DNA from: Candidatus Methanoperedens sp.
GTDB taxonomy: Archaea; Halobacteriota; Methanosarcinia; Methanosarcinales; Methanoperedenaceae
Assembly (NCBI GenBank): GCA_027460535.1
Contig: JAPZAR010000010.1
Location: 60,001-92,000, forward strand
Direction of reading: 5' to 3'
DNA: 32,000 bases
Below, one piece after another: positions 16,424 through 25,720 of the stretch. How positions within the stretch are numbered: position 1 is the first letter of the stretch; each line of letters starts with the position of its first letter. A program made the translations under genes and the position numbers. The notes under the pieces are model-generated. The model saw only the letters and a list, made by a program, of their open reading frames with translations. It was not told the DNA's origin and searched no databases.

Positions 16424-17816
16424 ATTCTGCTGCTCCGCGGCACATGAGGTATATCGCCGCATATTCAGGCAGGGTGTTGATACCTTCTGTCACTGTAAAG
16501 CTTTTTCCTTTCATCTCCACGCAGGAGTTCTGCGGCTTAAGCGGGGATAAAATCTCTATTTTGGTTTCCTTTTCGCTGAAAACCACAGCGTCGTTCAAAG
16601 GCTCGAATTTCTCAAATCCATCAAGCGTGAGCGGAACAACACGCATTCCCGACCCGCCGTGCAGCGAGGTGGGCATTCGGATGAGACGTTTGACGTCGGC
16701 GGTGACGGGTTCGTCTGTATGAGCGCTTCCTAAATTAATACTGTTTTCTTCGATAGCTTTTTGGACGATCGCATCAAAAATATACGAATCACCGATAATA
16801 CCTTTATTTTCTATATTCTCCATAGCTTCAGGATTCTGCGCAATCTCTCTCAGGTCTTTTAGTTTGGAGATGGCTTCGGACCTGAAATCCCATAGATCGT
16901 TCATTATCAGAATATCTCGAACTATATTGGTGGAAATACCGACCTCACCTGCCATTTTTTGCAGGCCGATTTTTCGGTTCTCATTTTTCATGTTGACAAT
17001 ACGTGTCTTGATATCTTCTGGAACCTTATATGCTGAAACCAGACTGGATTTATAGTGTTTAATTAAACCTATGATCTCATTTTCCGCCTCGGTCTCATCT
17101 TTGATTGAAATAGCCTCCAGGAATTGAATTATGTATCGGCTGATACGTTTTCCCCAACCGAACCCACCAGGAACCTCATCAAAAGAATTTATTTTCCTGG
17201 GGGATTCCAGTTCTTTTTTCCTGAATTTTCCAGAGTCGTAGACTTTATGTTCTGCTGATTTGAATAAAAAGCCAACGGTCAATCCCGTGCCGCTGACATA
17301 ATCCACTATCTCCCTCCGTTCCGCACTCTCAAGCGACAGCACCTTCGGGTCGCGCACATGTATGTGGTACCCGCGCCCTCCTGAGAACACAATGCTCGTA
17401 TTATCCTGTGAAAATCCAAAATCCTCAAGAAGAAAATCAAGGAGCTTTTTCGTTTCAGTTTTCACATTGGAAAGCATCTCTGCATACGACCTTGCTTTCA
17501 TCGGCAGATGGTCTGCATCAAGGTCAAATATAAGATCTGCCCCCTGCCACTGCTTTTCCTTCATGGTCGCAGCGCCCGGGAACTGGTAATATGCCGCCGA
17601 ATGATATACATGCGCCGGAACCATGGCCCTGAGATACTCAAGCGTCTCGTCCTCACCTGAAAAAGCCTTGTGACGCCGCATCACCACCTCAGGCAGCTCA
17701 TCAAAGAAGATAAAACCCCATTCCCGCCGCGTAAAATCGGTAGGCAGAACAAGGCTTGCATTTCTGTAATAATCCCCGAACCTTTTCCGAAGATGCTGTT
17801 TTGTCCTGAAGTTCAT
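16416..17816 (-). CDS. priS: DNA primase small (catalytic) subunit PriS
   Basis: Catalytic motifs GADLIFDLDADH and SGGRGYHIHV. ATG 17816 (MNFRTKQHLRKRF) is preferred over the track start at 17924, which would overlap the divergent ogg gene. Confidence 0.85.
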   Translation of the reverse strand: MNFRTKQHLRKRFGDYYRNASLVLPTDFTRREWGFIFFDELPEVVMRRHKAFSGEDETLEYLRAMVPAHVYHSAAYYQFPGAATMKEKQWQGADLIFDLDADHLPMKARSYAEMLSNVKTETKKLLDFLLEDFGFSQDNTSIVFSGGRGYHIHVRDPKVLSLESAERREIVDYVSGTGLTVGFLFKSAEHKVYDSGKFRKKELESPRKINSFDEVPGGFGWGKRISRYIIQFLEAISIKDETEAENEIIGLIKHYKSSLVSAYKVPEDIKTRIVNMKNENRKIGLQKMAGEVGISTNIVRDILIMNDLWDFRSEAISKLKDLREIAQNPEAMENIENKGIIGDSYIFDAIVQKAIEENSINLGSAHTDEPVTADVKRLIRMPTSLHGGSGMRVVPLTLDGFEKFEPLNDAVVFSEKETKIEILSPLKPQNSCVEMKGKSFTVTEGINTLPEYAAIYLMCRGAAEYA

Positions 17817-17879
17817 GAGATTTTGCTTATTGTTTTCTACCCATAAAACCGTAATGTATTTCAGGCCTGTGAAATATCC

Positions 17880-18710
17880 TTGAGTGTGTACCGTGTTAAT
17901 GCGAACGATTTTAACCTTGACCATACGCTCTCATGCGGCCAGGTTTTCAGGTGGGAAAAAAAGGAAGATTGCTGGGTGGGTGTTGTCAATGGCGCGGTTG
18001 TCAGGGTAAAACAGAAAGGCGGAGAACTTATAATCAATTCCTCACTGGGCGCGGAATTTATCAGGCATTACTTCAGGCTTGACGATGACATGGAGCGCAT
18101 ATATTCTGAAATCAACAAAGATAAGGAAATGGATTCATTGATCCAGAAATACAGGGGGCTGCACCTCATTCGCCAGGATCCGTGGGAATGCCTTGTATCG
18201 TATATATGTTCGAGCAATAATACGATCAAAAACATCACGAATTCCATGAGGCGCATGTGCGAATGCTTTGGCATGGAGATTGAGAAAGGTTATTATTCGT
18301 TCCCGACCCCCCAGGCGCTTGCAGAAACAGAACAGTGTGACATGGAACAGTGCAGGATGGGTTTTCGCGCTCCCCGGGTACTTGAGGTTGCATCCATGAT
18401 AACAAAAGGTGAATTTGACCTGTGTGGGATAAAAGACCTCTCCTACGACAAAGGGCGCACGGAACTTGTGAAAATAAAGGGCGTGGGGAACAAGATAGCG
18501 GATTGCGTGCTGCTCTTTGCCTTCGGGAAACTTGAATCCTTTCCTGTGGATACGCATATCGAACAGATCATGGACAGGTTCTACGGCGAAAATTTCAGGA
18601 ACGCAAAGAAAAGCAAGAAGAGGGAGGCGATAGCTGAGTTCGCGCACAGATATTTTGGGAGATACTGCGGGTATGCTCAGGAATATTTGTATATGGAGGA
18701 TATCGGGTAA
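17880..18710 (+). CDS. ogg: 8-oxoguanine DNA glycosylase / AP lyase (Ogg1-type, HhH-GPD)
   Basis: N-terminal LSCGQVFRW. The HhH-GPD region IKGVGNKIADCVLLFAFG...FPVDTHI carries the catalytic Lys and Asp positions as in OGG1. The start is a non-ATG codon (TTG 17880 or GTG 17886). Confidence 0.8.
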   Translation: MSVYRVNANDFNLDHTLSCGQVFRWEKKEDCWVGVVNGAVVRVKQKGGELIINSSLGAEFIRHYFRLDDDMERIYSEINKDKEMDSLIQKYRGLHLIRQDPWECLVSYICSSNNTIKNITNSMRRMCECFGMEIEKGYYSFPTPQALAETEQCDMEQCRMGFRAPRVLEVASMITKGEFDLCGIKDLSYDKGRTELVKIKGVGNKIADCVLLFAFGKLESFPVDTHIEQIMDRFYGENFRNAKKSKKREAIAEFAHRYFGRYCGYAQEYLYMEDIG

Positions 18711-18756
18711 TTATGAAATCGAAGCTTTATATCACAAAAAGTCGAAGTGATATTTG

Positions 18757-18966
18757 ATGGAAAAAGTTGATATTAAAACTTTGAAAGATTTGAAGAAGTT
18801 GAAGATCGGGGAGACCTATGAGGTTCATGAGTGGGGAATTGAACCGGAGATAATCGAAGAAAGAGATGCAAAACTGCTAATCAAGAACAAGCAGATTGAG
18901 ATTCCGGTGAGCAGAGCAGTATACCGGAAACTGAAAGGTAAAAGGATTGTTTTCAAAGTACGGTGA
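18757..18966 (+). CDS. small hypothetical protein (69 aa)
   Basis: ATG 18757 (MEKVDIKTLKDL). Lys/Glu-rich, with no recognised motif. Confidence 0.4.
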   Translation: MEKVDIKTLKDLKKLKIGETYEVHEWGIEPEIIEERDAKLLIKNKQIEIPVSRAVYRKLKGKRIVFKVR

Positions 18967-19043
18967 TATAGCTTTTTGCTCTTCAGAGGTTTTTTAATTA
19001 AGAACCATAAACCTTTTATCCGACCCTTTCTTTTTAGAACACC

Positions 19044-20168
19044 ATGGTGAGTTTCGAAGAGATTGAAGAGGTCTACAAAAGGCTTGAGGGTAAACTCAAA
19101 CCTGAAGAATTCAAGGCAAAGGTGGAAGAAAAAGTCACGATGATGAACGGCCTGTGCGACTCAAAGACCGCGGCGATGCTGGTCGCAAGCGAGATGGGGG
19201 TCAATGAGACCGTCGATATCAAGGATATGACGGCTGACAGGGGCAATGTGGTCTTCATGGCAAAGGTGCTATCTGTGAGCGACATCCGCGAGTTCTCGCG
19301 CGATAATGACACTGTCGGGCGCGTGGTCAACCTGACCCTCGCTGATGGCACGGGCTCCATTAAGGCCGCGCTGTGGGACGAGGCGGCCGACCTTGTCAAG
19401 ATAGGAGATATAAAAGTCGGCCAGAGCCTCAAAGTGAAAGGATATATTAAAGGGGGGCAGAGGGGTCTTGAGGTCAACGTGGGCAGGGGTGGGGTGGTGG
19501 AGCATGTGGATAAAGAGGTCAGCGTGAGCCTGAAACCCCTGAAGATCAATGAGGTCAAAGCCGGAATGAACGGCCTGAACATTGCAGGCAAGATAGTAGA
19601 CCTTGGAAGTGTGAGAACGTTCCAGCGCAAGGACGGGATCGCGGGAAAAGTAAGGAATATCACTATCGGGGATTCGACTGGCAAGATAAGAGTGACGCTC
19701 TGGGACGGAAAAGCTGATCCTCTTGATTTCAAGGTCGGGGATTCTGTGGAGCTGATGAACGCTTACTCCCGTGAGAACACGTTCAGCAACCAGACCGAAC
19801 TGCAATTAGGATCGGGCGGGAGCATGGTGCACAGCAGTATTGTTGTTGATTATTCTGAAACCCTTACGCCCATAGCTGATATCGGGATAAACTCTGCCTA
19901 CAGCGTAGCTGGGCATGTCTCCGGGCTTGATGAGATTCGGGAGTTCGATCGCTCCGATGGCACTAAGAGCAAGGTCGCCAACATCTATGTCTCCGATGAC
20001 ACGGGGCGCATAAAAGTGGCGCTGTGGGGCGAACACGCCGACCTTGTCAAAGAAATGGACATCGGGAGCGAGATACGCATCATCGATGCATATGCGAAGT
20101 CTGGAAGGAACGAAGAGGTTGAACTCAGTGCAGGCTCCCGGACACGCGTTCAGGTAATGCGCAAATGA
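19044..20168 (+). CDS. rpa: replication protein A (ssDNA-binding), three tandem OB folds, no zinc finger
   Basis: Three internally repeated OB modules: VGRVVNLTLADGTGSIKAALWDEAADL, AGKVRNITIGDSTGKIRVTLWDGKADP, KSKVANIYVSDDTGRIKVALWGEHADL. Confidence 0.85.
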   Translation: MVSFEEIEEVYKRLEGKLKPEEFKAKVEEKVTMMNGLCDSKTAAMLVASEMGVNETVDIKDMTADRGNVVFMAKVLSVSDIREFSRDNDTVGRVVNLTLADGTGSIKAALWDEAADLVKIGDIKVGQSLKVKGYIKGGQRGLEVNVGRGGVVEHVDKEVSVSLKPLKINEVKAGMNGLNIAGKIVDLGSVRTFQRKDGIAGKVRNITIGDSTGKIRVTLWDGKADPLDFKVGDSVELMNAYSRENTFSNQTELQLGSGGSMVHSSIVVDYSETLTPIADIGINSAYSVAGHVSGLDEIREFDRSDGTKSKVANIYVSDDTGRIKVALWGEHADLVKEMDIGSEIRIIDAYAKSGRNEEVELSAGSRTRVQVMRK

Positions 20169-20292
20169 ACAATAATTATACAGATAGTATTACTTTCACC
20201 CCGCTCCGGGAAGGTATATAATATCGCGTGATGATTAAAAATATGATAATTGTGCACCAAACAACAAATAAAACGTGCACTGGAGAAAGAAT

Positions 20293-21270
20293 ATGGCAGA
20301 AAGAAAGGGATTAGAAGATCTACCGGGCGTTGGGCCCGCGACAGCAGAGAAACTCAAAGAGGCAGGTTATGGCTCGATCGAAGCTATAGCAGTGTCGTCA
20401 TCCTCAGAACTTGCAAGCATTGCAGAGATCGGGGAATCGACCGCGCAGAAGATCATAAACGCGGCGCGGCTGGCAGCTGATGTTGGGGGGTTTGAGACTG
20501 GCGACCTGGTGCTTGAGCGGCGAAAACTCGTGGGCAAGCTCAGCTTCGGCACGAAAGCTTTTGACGACCTGATGGGCGGGGGCGTAGAGACCCAGGCAAT
20601 AACCGAATTCTACGGCGAGTTCGGCTCAGGAAAGACGCAGGTGGGCCATCAGATGGCTGTTAACGTGCAATTGCCCACCAGTGAAGGTGGGCTTGGAGGT
20701 TCTGTGATAATCATCGATACGGAGAACACCTTCCGGCCTGAGAGAATAACCCAGATGGTAAAGGGGTTATCTGCAAAAAAAGGCGTGGACTACGATCCCG
20801 AAGAGTTCCTGAAAAACATCCATGTTGCAAAGGCATACAATTCAAATCATCAGATATTACTTGTAGATACCGCAATGGAGCTTGCGAACAAATTAAAGGA
20901 TTCGGATAAACCCGTGCGTTTGCTGATCGTTGATTCTCTCACGGCGCATTTCAGGGCAGAGTATGTTGGCCGGGGAACGCTGGCAGACAGGCAGCAGAAG
21001 CTCAACAAGCACATGCACGAGTTGATGAAGTTCGGAAGCCTCTACAACGCTGCCATCCTTGTGACCAACCAGGTGATGTCAAAACCCGATGCGTTCTTCG
21101 GCGACCCCACAAAACCCATAGGGGGGCATATCGTGGGACATACGGCAACATTCAGGCTGTACCTTCGCAAATCCAAGGGAGAAAAGAGGATAGCGAGGCT
21201 TGTGGACTCACCCAACCTGCCTGAGGGAGAGGCTATATTCTCGGTCACCATGGAAGGGCTTAAGGATTAA
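20293..21270 (+). CDS. radA: DNA repair and recombination protein RadA
   Basis: HhH N-terminus [20 protein letters not shown], Walker [10 protein letters not shown], Walker B LLIVDS. ATG 20293 is preferred over GTG 20275. Confidence 0.95.
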   Translation: MAERKGLEDLPGVGPATAEKLKEAGYGSIEAIAVSSSSELASIAEIGESTAQKIINAARLAADVGGFETGDLVLERRKLVGKLSFGTKAFDDLMGGGVETQAITEFYGEFGSGKTQVGHQMAVNVQLPTSEGGLGGSVIIIDTENTFRPERITQMVKGLSAKKGVDYDPEEFLKNIHVAKAYNSNHQILLVDTAMELANKLKDSDKPVRLLIVDSLTAHFRAEYVGRGTLADRQQKLNKHMHELMKFGSLYNAAILVTNQVMSKPDAFFGDPTKPIGGHIVGHTATFRLYLRKSKGEKRIARLVDSPNLPEGEAIFSVTMEGLKD

Positions 21271-21291
21271 AAGCTACATTATGGAGGTAAA

Positions 21292-21321
21292 AACCGCAGA
21301 TAAACGCAGATGAACGCAGAT
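21292..21321. repeat. three tandem 10-bp repeats
   Basis: AACCGCAGAT AAACGCAGAT GAACGCAGAT lies 22 nt downstream of the radA stop. Confidence 0.8.
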
Positions 21322-21430
21322 TTATAGCGACGCATCTGGGTTTATCAGGTTATTCCGGTTAGTGTTCATAAATTGCCGAAATCTAAGAAATATGCTATAG
21401 CTATGTTGTTTTTCTTAAGGCTCTGAGGTT

Positions 21431-22105
21431 ATGGAATTCAATGCAATCGTGGTGGACGTGGATGGGACGATTACCTACAGCGACAGGAGCATCGATTGCC
21501 GGGCAGTCGAGGCGCTGCGAAGTCTTCATGTGCCCGTTGTGATCGCCACCGGGAACATCCTGTGTTTTGCACGTGCGGTCGCGAAGCTCGTTGGAACGGG
21601 GGGCATCGTGATAGCTGAGAACGGCGGTGTTGTTGAATGCGGCATCGTAGAATCCGATACCTCACACATGAAGGAGTGTGAGGAAGCGTTTGAGTTACTG
21701 AAGGAACATTTTGACCTTGAGAGGCTTGACCCTGAATATAGGAAAACGGAGATCGGGTTGCGGCGGAATTTTGATGTGAGGGAAGCAAGGTTGCTTCTGA
21801 AGGATTATCCTGAAGTGGAGATCGTGGATACGGGTTTTGCTGCGCATATCAAGAGCAGGATGATAAACAAAGGCACAGGGTTAAAGCGAATCGCTGAACT
21901 GATGGGACTGGATGCGAAGGATTTTGTGGCCATCGGGGATTCGCCCAACGACATCGAAATGCTGAAAGCTTCGGGATTCGGCGTGGCTGTTGGGAATGCG
22001 CATCCTGCGGTGAAGAAGGTTGCGGATATGGTCACGGAGGAGGAGCACGGGGCAGGGGTGGCGGAGGCGGTGGGGTATTTGAGGGAGAGAGGAAGGATAA
22101 GATAA
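21431..22105 (+). CDS. pgp: HAD-IIB phosphatase, archaeal phosphoglycolate phosphatase-like
   Basis: HAD motifs VVDVDGTIT (I), ATGN (II), KGTGL (III Lys) and GDSPNDIEML (IV). Confidence 0.75.
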   Translation: MEFNAIVVDVDGTITYSDRSIDCRAVEALRSLHVPVVIATGNILCFARAVAKLVGTGGIVIAENGGVVECGIVESDTSHMKECEEAFELLKEHFDLERLDPEYRKTEIGLRRNFDVREARLLLKDYPEVEIVDTGFAAHIKSRMINKGTGLKRIAELMGLDAKDFVAIGDSPNDIEMLKASGFGVAVGNAHPAVKKVADMVTEEEHGAGVAEAVGYLRERGRIR

Positions 22106-22106
22106 A

Positions 22107-22304
22107 ATGGGAACAATTGACAAAGAAGAGATATTATTTTATATCACAAAAGAAACAATACAGTACGAAGCGATGAGGAAGATAGGCAGATATCTAACCG
22201 ATGAAGAATTAGATGTAGCCAAAAAAGGACTAGAATGGGGTCTGATGACCGATATTGATACAGTTTACAATACTATTTTGTTTGAAATGATACAAACGCA
22301 ATAA
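22107..22304 (+). CDS. small hypothetical protein (65 aa), first ORF of the R-M island
   Basis: It shares the AT-rich composition of the island and ends 2 nt before the methyltransferase ATG. No HTH or other motif was recognised. Confidence 0.4.
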   Translation: MGTIDKEEILFYITKETIQYEAMRKIGRYLTDEELDVAKKGLEWGLMTDIDTVYNTILFEMIQTQ

Positions 22305-22306
22305 TT

Positions 22307-23188
22307 ATGAAAAAGATTTGCACAAAATTACATTTGGGCGATTGCAAAGAAGTTTTAAAAACGCTTGATAGTAATTCAATTGACCTGGTTTTCACTTCAC
22401 CGCCTTATGCTGACCGCAGAATACATACATATGGTGGTGTTAAGCCAGAGAATTATGTTGAATGGTTTTTGCCTATCAGCGAACAACTTTTAAGAGTTCT
22501 TAAACCTGATGGAACTTTCATTTTAAATATTAAAGAAAAAGCCGAAAATGGCGAGAGACATACTTACGTCTTGGAATTGATTTTAACATTGCGAAAACAG
22601 GGCTGGCTATGGACGGAAGAACTTATCTGGCACAAAAGAAATTGTTATCCCGGTAAATGGCCTAATCGTTTTCGTGATTCCTGGGAAAGACTTTTACAAT
22701 TTAATAAAACTAAAAAATTCAAAATGTATCAAGAAGAAGTTATGGTCCCTATTGGCGATTGGGCAAAAGACAGATTAAAACGTTTAAGTGAAGTAGATAA
22801 AATTAGAGATAATGCAAAAAATGGTAGTGGCTTTGGTAAAAATGTTTCGAATTGGCTAAATAGAGATAAAGCTTATCCAACAAATGTCTTACATTTAGCT
22901 ACTGAATGCAATAATAAAAATCATAGTGCAGTTTTTCCAGAAGCTTTACCAGAATGGTTTATTAAATTATTCACTAAAGAAGATGATACCGTTTTAGACC
23001 CTTTCATGGGTTCAGGAACAACTATTGTTGTAGCACAGAGGATGAGACGGAATTCCATAGGCATAGATATTTTGCCTGAATATTTCGAGATAGTTAAAAA
23101 TAAAATAAGTCCAGTTCAATATTACTTAGTTGAAGAAAAAGGAATTTATGAAACAAATAAATATGAACGATGTTCAGAAATATGTTGA
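22307..23188 (+). CDS. beta-class DNA methyltransferase (N4-cytosine or N6-adenine; SPPY suggests N4C)
   Basis: Motif IV DLVFTSPPYA lies near the N-terminus and motif I VLDPFMGSGTT near the C-terminus. This IV-before-I order is the beta-class permutation. Confidence 0.85.
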   Translation: MKKICTKLHLGDCKEVLKTLDSNSIDLVFTSPPYADRRIHTYGGVKPENYVEWFLPISEQLLRVLKPDGTFILNIKEKAENGERHTYVLELILTLRKQGWLWTEELIWHKRNCYPGKWPNRFRDSWERLLQFNKTKKFKMYQEEVMVPIGDWAKDRLKRLSEVDKIRDNAKNGSGFGKNVSNWLNRDKAYPTNVLHLATECNNKNHSAVFPEALPEWFIKLFTKEDDTVLDPFMGSGTTIVVAQRMRRNSIGIDILPEYFEIVKNKISPVQYYLVEEKGIYETNKYERCSEIC

Positions 23189-23888
23189 AGAGAACATCGG
23201 AACTTTCCATTCAAAAAGGTTACAAAATCTTGAAAAACTCAAATTAAAGCGTGTCTTACAAAGAAAAAATCCGTATCTTTTTAAAGCTAAAAATATTTTA
23301 ACTGCTCAAGATTTAGTACAAAATCTTCTTGATGCTTACTTATCTTCTCAGGAAGAGACAATTTTTGGAGATTTTCTTGAAGGTCTTGCAATTTTTATTT
23401 GCAGTAGGATTTATGATGGGAATAAGTCGGCAGCTGAGGGGATCGATTTAGAGTTCAGTAAAGATGGGATAAAATATCTCGTAACGATAAAATCAGGACC
23501 AAATTGGGGAAATAGTGGTCAAATCAAAGATATGAAGAAATCTTTCATTAAAGCGATAAAAATTCTAAATACCAATAATCCTAAAATTCATGTTGTTGCT
23601 GTGAATGGTTGTTGTTACGGACGATCGAAACAAATAGAAAAAGATGGCTATCGAAAACTATGTGGTCAAAGATTTTGGGAATTTATTTCAGGAAATGAAA
23701 ACCTGTATACAGAAATAATAGAACCTCTTGGACATAAAGCAAAAGAAAAGAATGAAGATTTTTTAAAAGCCTATTCAAAATTAATTAATAAATTTACGTT
23801 TGAATTTGGAAGAGATTTTTGTTTAGATGGAGAAATAAATTGGGACGCTTTGGTAAAATTCAATTCATCAATTCAAAAGCCAAAATAA
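23148..23888 (+). CDS. candidate type II restriction endonuclease partner
   Basis: It overlaps the 3' end of the methyltransferase (start ATG 23148 or 23163) and has the same low GC. The family was not recognised from sequence. The call rests on context. Confidence 0.5.
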   Translation: MKQINMNDVQKYVEENIGTFHSKRLQNLEKLKLKRVLQRKNPYLFKAKNILTAQDLVQNLLDAYLSSQEETIFGDFLEGLAIFICSRIYDGNKSAAEGIDLEFSKDGIKYLVTIKSGPNWGNSGQIKDMKKSFIKAIKILNTNNPKIHVVAVNGCCYGRSKQIEKDGYRKLCGQRFWEFISGNENLYTEIIEPLGHKAKEKNEDFLKAYSKLINKFTFEFGRDFCLDGEINWDALVKFNSSIQKPK

Positions 23889-23957
23889 AAGAGCAATAGA
23901 TACCAAAAACCTCCTCGAAAATCTATCTCCTCATTCCATATTTACCAACTCACACTG

Positions 23958-25427
23958 ATGACCACCGAACCACTCTCCCTTGCAAAATATCTCGCTTCAT
24001 CCCGCGCCGAGTTCGCGCTCTCCGAGATGAACCTGTACCTCAGCAGGAAATACGAAGAAAAAAAACTCTATGAGATCTTAAAGCCACACTTTTATGACCT
24101 CGATCTCTTTTGTGATGCAAGTTTTAAATGCTCGAAAATCGTTAAGCGCCCGCTCCCTGCTGACGAGCAGGTTATCAGAGAATTGGAGCGCTCCTTCAAA
24201 TCACCTCGCCTTCCGGCGCGCATCGAGAAACTCATAGAATCCCATATCGAGCGCTCCTGCGGGAAAAACTGGCACAAGGGAGAAACGGCGCGGCTTATCC
24301 GCGAGAACATCGTGAAGCAGAAAGAAGAATACTGGAAAGGTGCATCGCAATATCCGAAGATCAGGATAATATCCTACCTGCTTTATCATTTCCCGGTTTA
24401 CTTCTGTCAGTTCCAGTATCTGCTGCTTGACCTGTTGAAGAACGGGCTGCTTACCACAAAAATGAGCATCCTGGATGCAGGCTCAGGCCCGGGCACGATC
24501 ACCCTGAGTACTATCGATTTTTTTGAGAAATTGCTTGACATTTACTCAAAGAAAAATATTGATGTGAAAATGAACATCAGGTTCGATTCCATCGAGAAAA
24601 CTGAAGAAAACATCGATTGCTATAACGAACTTACTTCGGATTATCTCTCAAATATCGGGAACGCCAATATCTCCATGAACGAACCGATCCATGCGCCTCT
24701 TGAAACCGCAAAGCTCCAGGAAGATTTCGACCTGATTGTATTCTCAAATGTCCTTGCCGAGATGAAAATGTCCCCTGTAGAGCGCGCGAATGTTGTGGGA
24801 AGAATTGCACAGGGAAGCAGCACAACGATCATCATCGAACCTGCCGACCTTGTTAATTCAAAGGCCCTGCGCATTACCCAGCATGCCCTCGTTAAGAAAG
24901 GCTTCACAATCGTCAGCCCCTGCACGCTCATCTGGGGCATGGGCTGCAGCGGCGAGAACTGCTGGAGCTTCCAGGAAACCGGGAATATCCAGGTGCCCGG
25001 GTTCATGAAAAAAATAGCGGACACAGAGGAGCAGTACAGGTACATAAACACCGACATGAAGTTCTCATCCGTGATCCTCCGAAAAGACGGGATGGAAAAG
25101 CGCACCTACAAAGCAAAAGGGAAATTCGTGCGCCTCTCGAACCTGAAAAAACATATCGAAAAAAGGATCAATGTGGTTGCCTCAGTGATGTCGGGAAACC
25201 TCGGGGATGAGAAAAACCTTATGTTCAAGGTATGCGATGCCACCACTTCCATTCCAAGCTATGCCGTGCTTCCCTCCTACCACATCAATGAAAACAATAA
25301 AAAGCTCCTGGAGGCAGGATACGGCGACATCGTGGAGATATTCGGCACCCTTGTCAGGGAGAACAAGGAATTTTCTTCCTACAATCTCCTTATCACGCGA
25401 AACACCACAGTCATGCCTGTGGAATGA
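23958..25427 (+). CDS. Rsm22-like class I SAM-dependent methyltransferase with C-terminal OB-like domain
   Basis: ILDAGSGPGTITL (motif I), DLIVFSNVLAEM, and TIIIEPADLVNSKALRITQHALVKKGFTIVSPCT...CSGENCWSF. This layout resembles the Rsm22/COG5459 family. Confidence 0.6.
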   Translation: MTTEPLSLAKYLASSRAEFALSEMNLYLSRKYEEKKLYEILKPHFYDLDLFCDASFKCSKIVKRPLPADEQVIRELERSFKSPRLPARIEKLIESHIERSCGKNWHKGETARLIRENIVKQKEEYWKGASQYPKIRIISYLLYHFPVYFCQFQYLLLDLLKNGLLTTKMSILDAGSGPGTITLSTIDFFEKLLDIYSKKNIDVKMNIRFDSIEKTEENIDCYNELTSDYLSNIGNANISMNEPIHAPLETAKLQEDFDLIVFSNVLAEMKMSPVERANVVGRIAQGSSTTIIIEPADLVNSKALRITQHALVKKGFTIVSPCTLIWGMGCSGENCWSFQETGNIQVPGFMKKIADTEEQYRYINTDMKFSSVILRKDGMEKRTYKAKGKFVRLSNLKKHIEKRINVVASVMSGNLGDEKNLMFKVCDATTSIPSYAVLPSYHINENNKKLLEAGYGDIVEIFGTLVRENKEFSSYNLLITRNTTVMPVE

Positions 25428-25513
25428 TCATTTTTTAGAATGTGGTTATTTTATATAATCAAAGAAAAGAGTATTATGGAGTGATTATTATTGCCGAAGA
25501 CCGTTACAGGTAC

Positions 25514-25705
25514 ATGTCCATCAGGCAGTTGCAGGATATTGTGGACGAACTGAAAGAGGAAGCAAAACATAACCCCGAGTGTGACGCTGAGCATCAAATA
25601 GCCTACAAAGCTCTGCAGGACAAGATCCGGGAAAGGGACAGGCATAGACCAAAATGCATCCCCACCCGATTCGAACACGAACTTGACCTGATGGAAGAGT
25701 TCTGA
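25514..25705 (+). CDS. small hypothetical protein (63 aa)
   Basis: ATG 25514 (MSIRQLQDIVDELKEE). A consensus TATA (TTTATATA, about 25450-25457) lies upstream. The track start GTG 25442 would include the TATA box. Confidence 0.35.
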   Translation: MSIRQLQDIVDELKEEAKHNPECDAEHQIAYKALQDKIRERDRHRPKCIPTRFEHELDLMEEF

Positions 25706-25720
25706 ATACATATTGAATTG

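Larger units (their letters stand above)
22107..23888 (+). other. low-GC restriction-modification island (3 ORFs)
   Basis: Hand-counted 60-nt lines give about 30% GC inside and about 58% GC in both flanking genes. The island starts 2 nt after the pgp stop. No integrase, transposase or flanking repeats were seen. Confidence 0.65.

Noticed and set aside
21292-21321. Tandem 10-bp repeats, and the 18-bp duplication at 6012-6047, as a CRISPR array.
   Set aside because: The repeats are directly adjacent with no spacers, far too short and too few. No cas genes are present.
22080-23960. Target-site duplication or att repeats flanking the R-M island.
   Set aside because: Only trivial A-rich words (for example ATAAAA) are shared between the two junctions. 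Nothing exceeds chance by eye.
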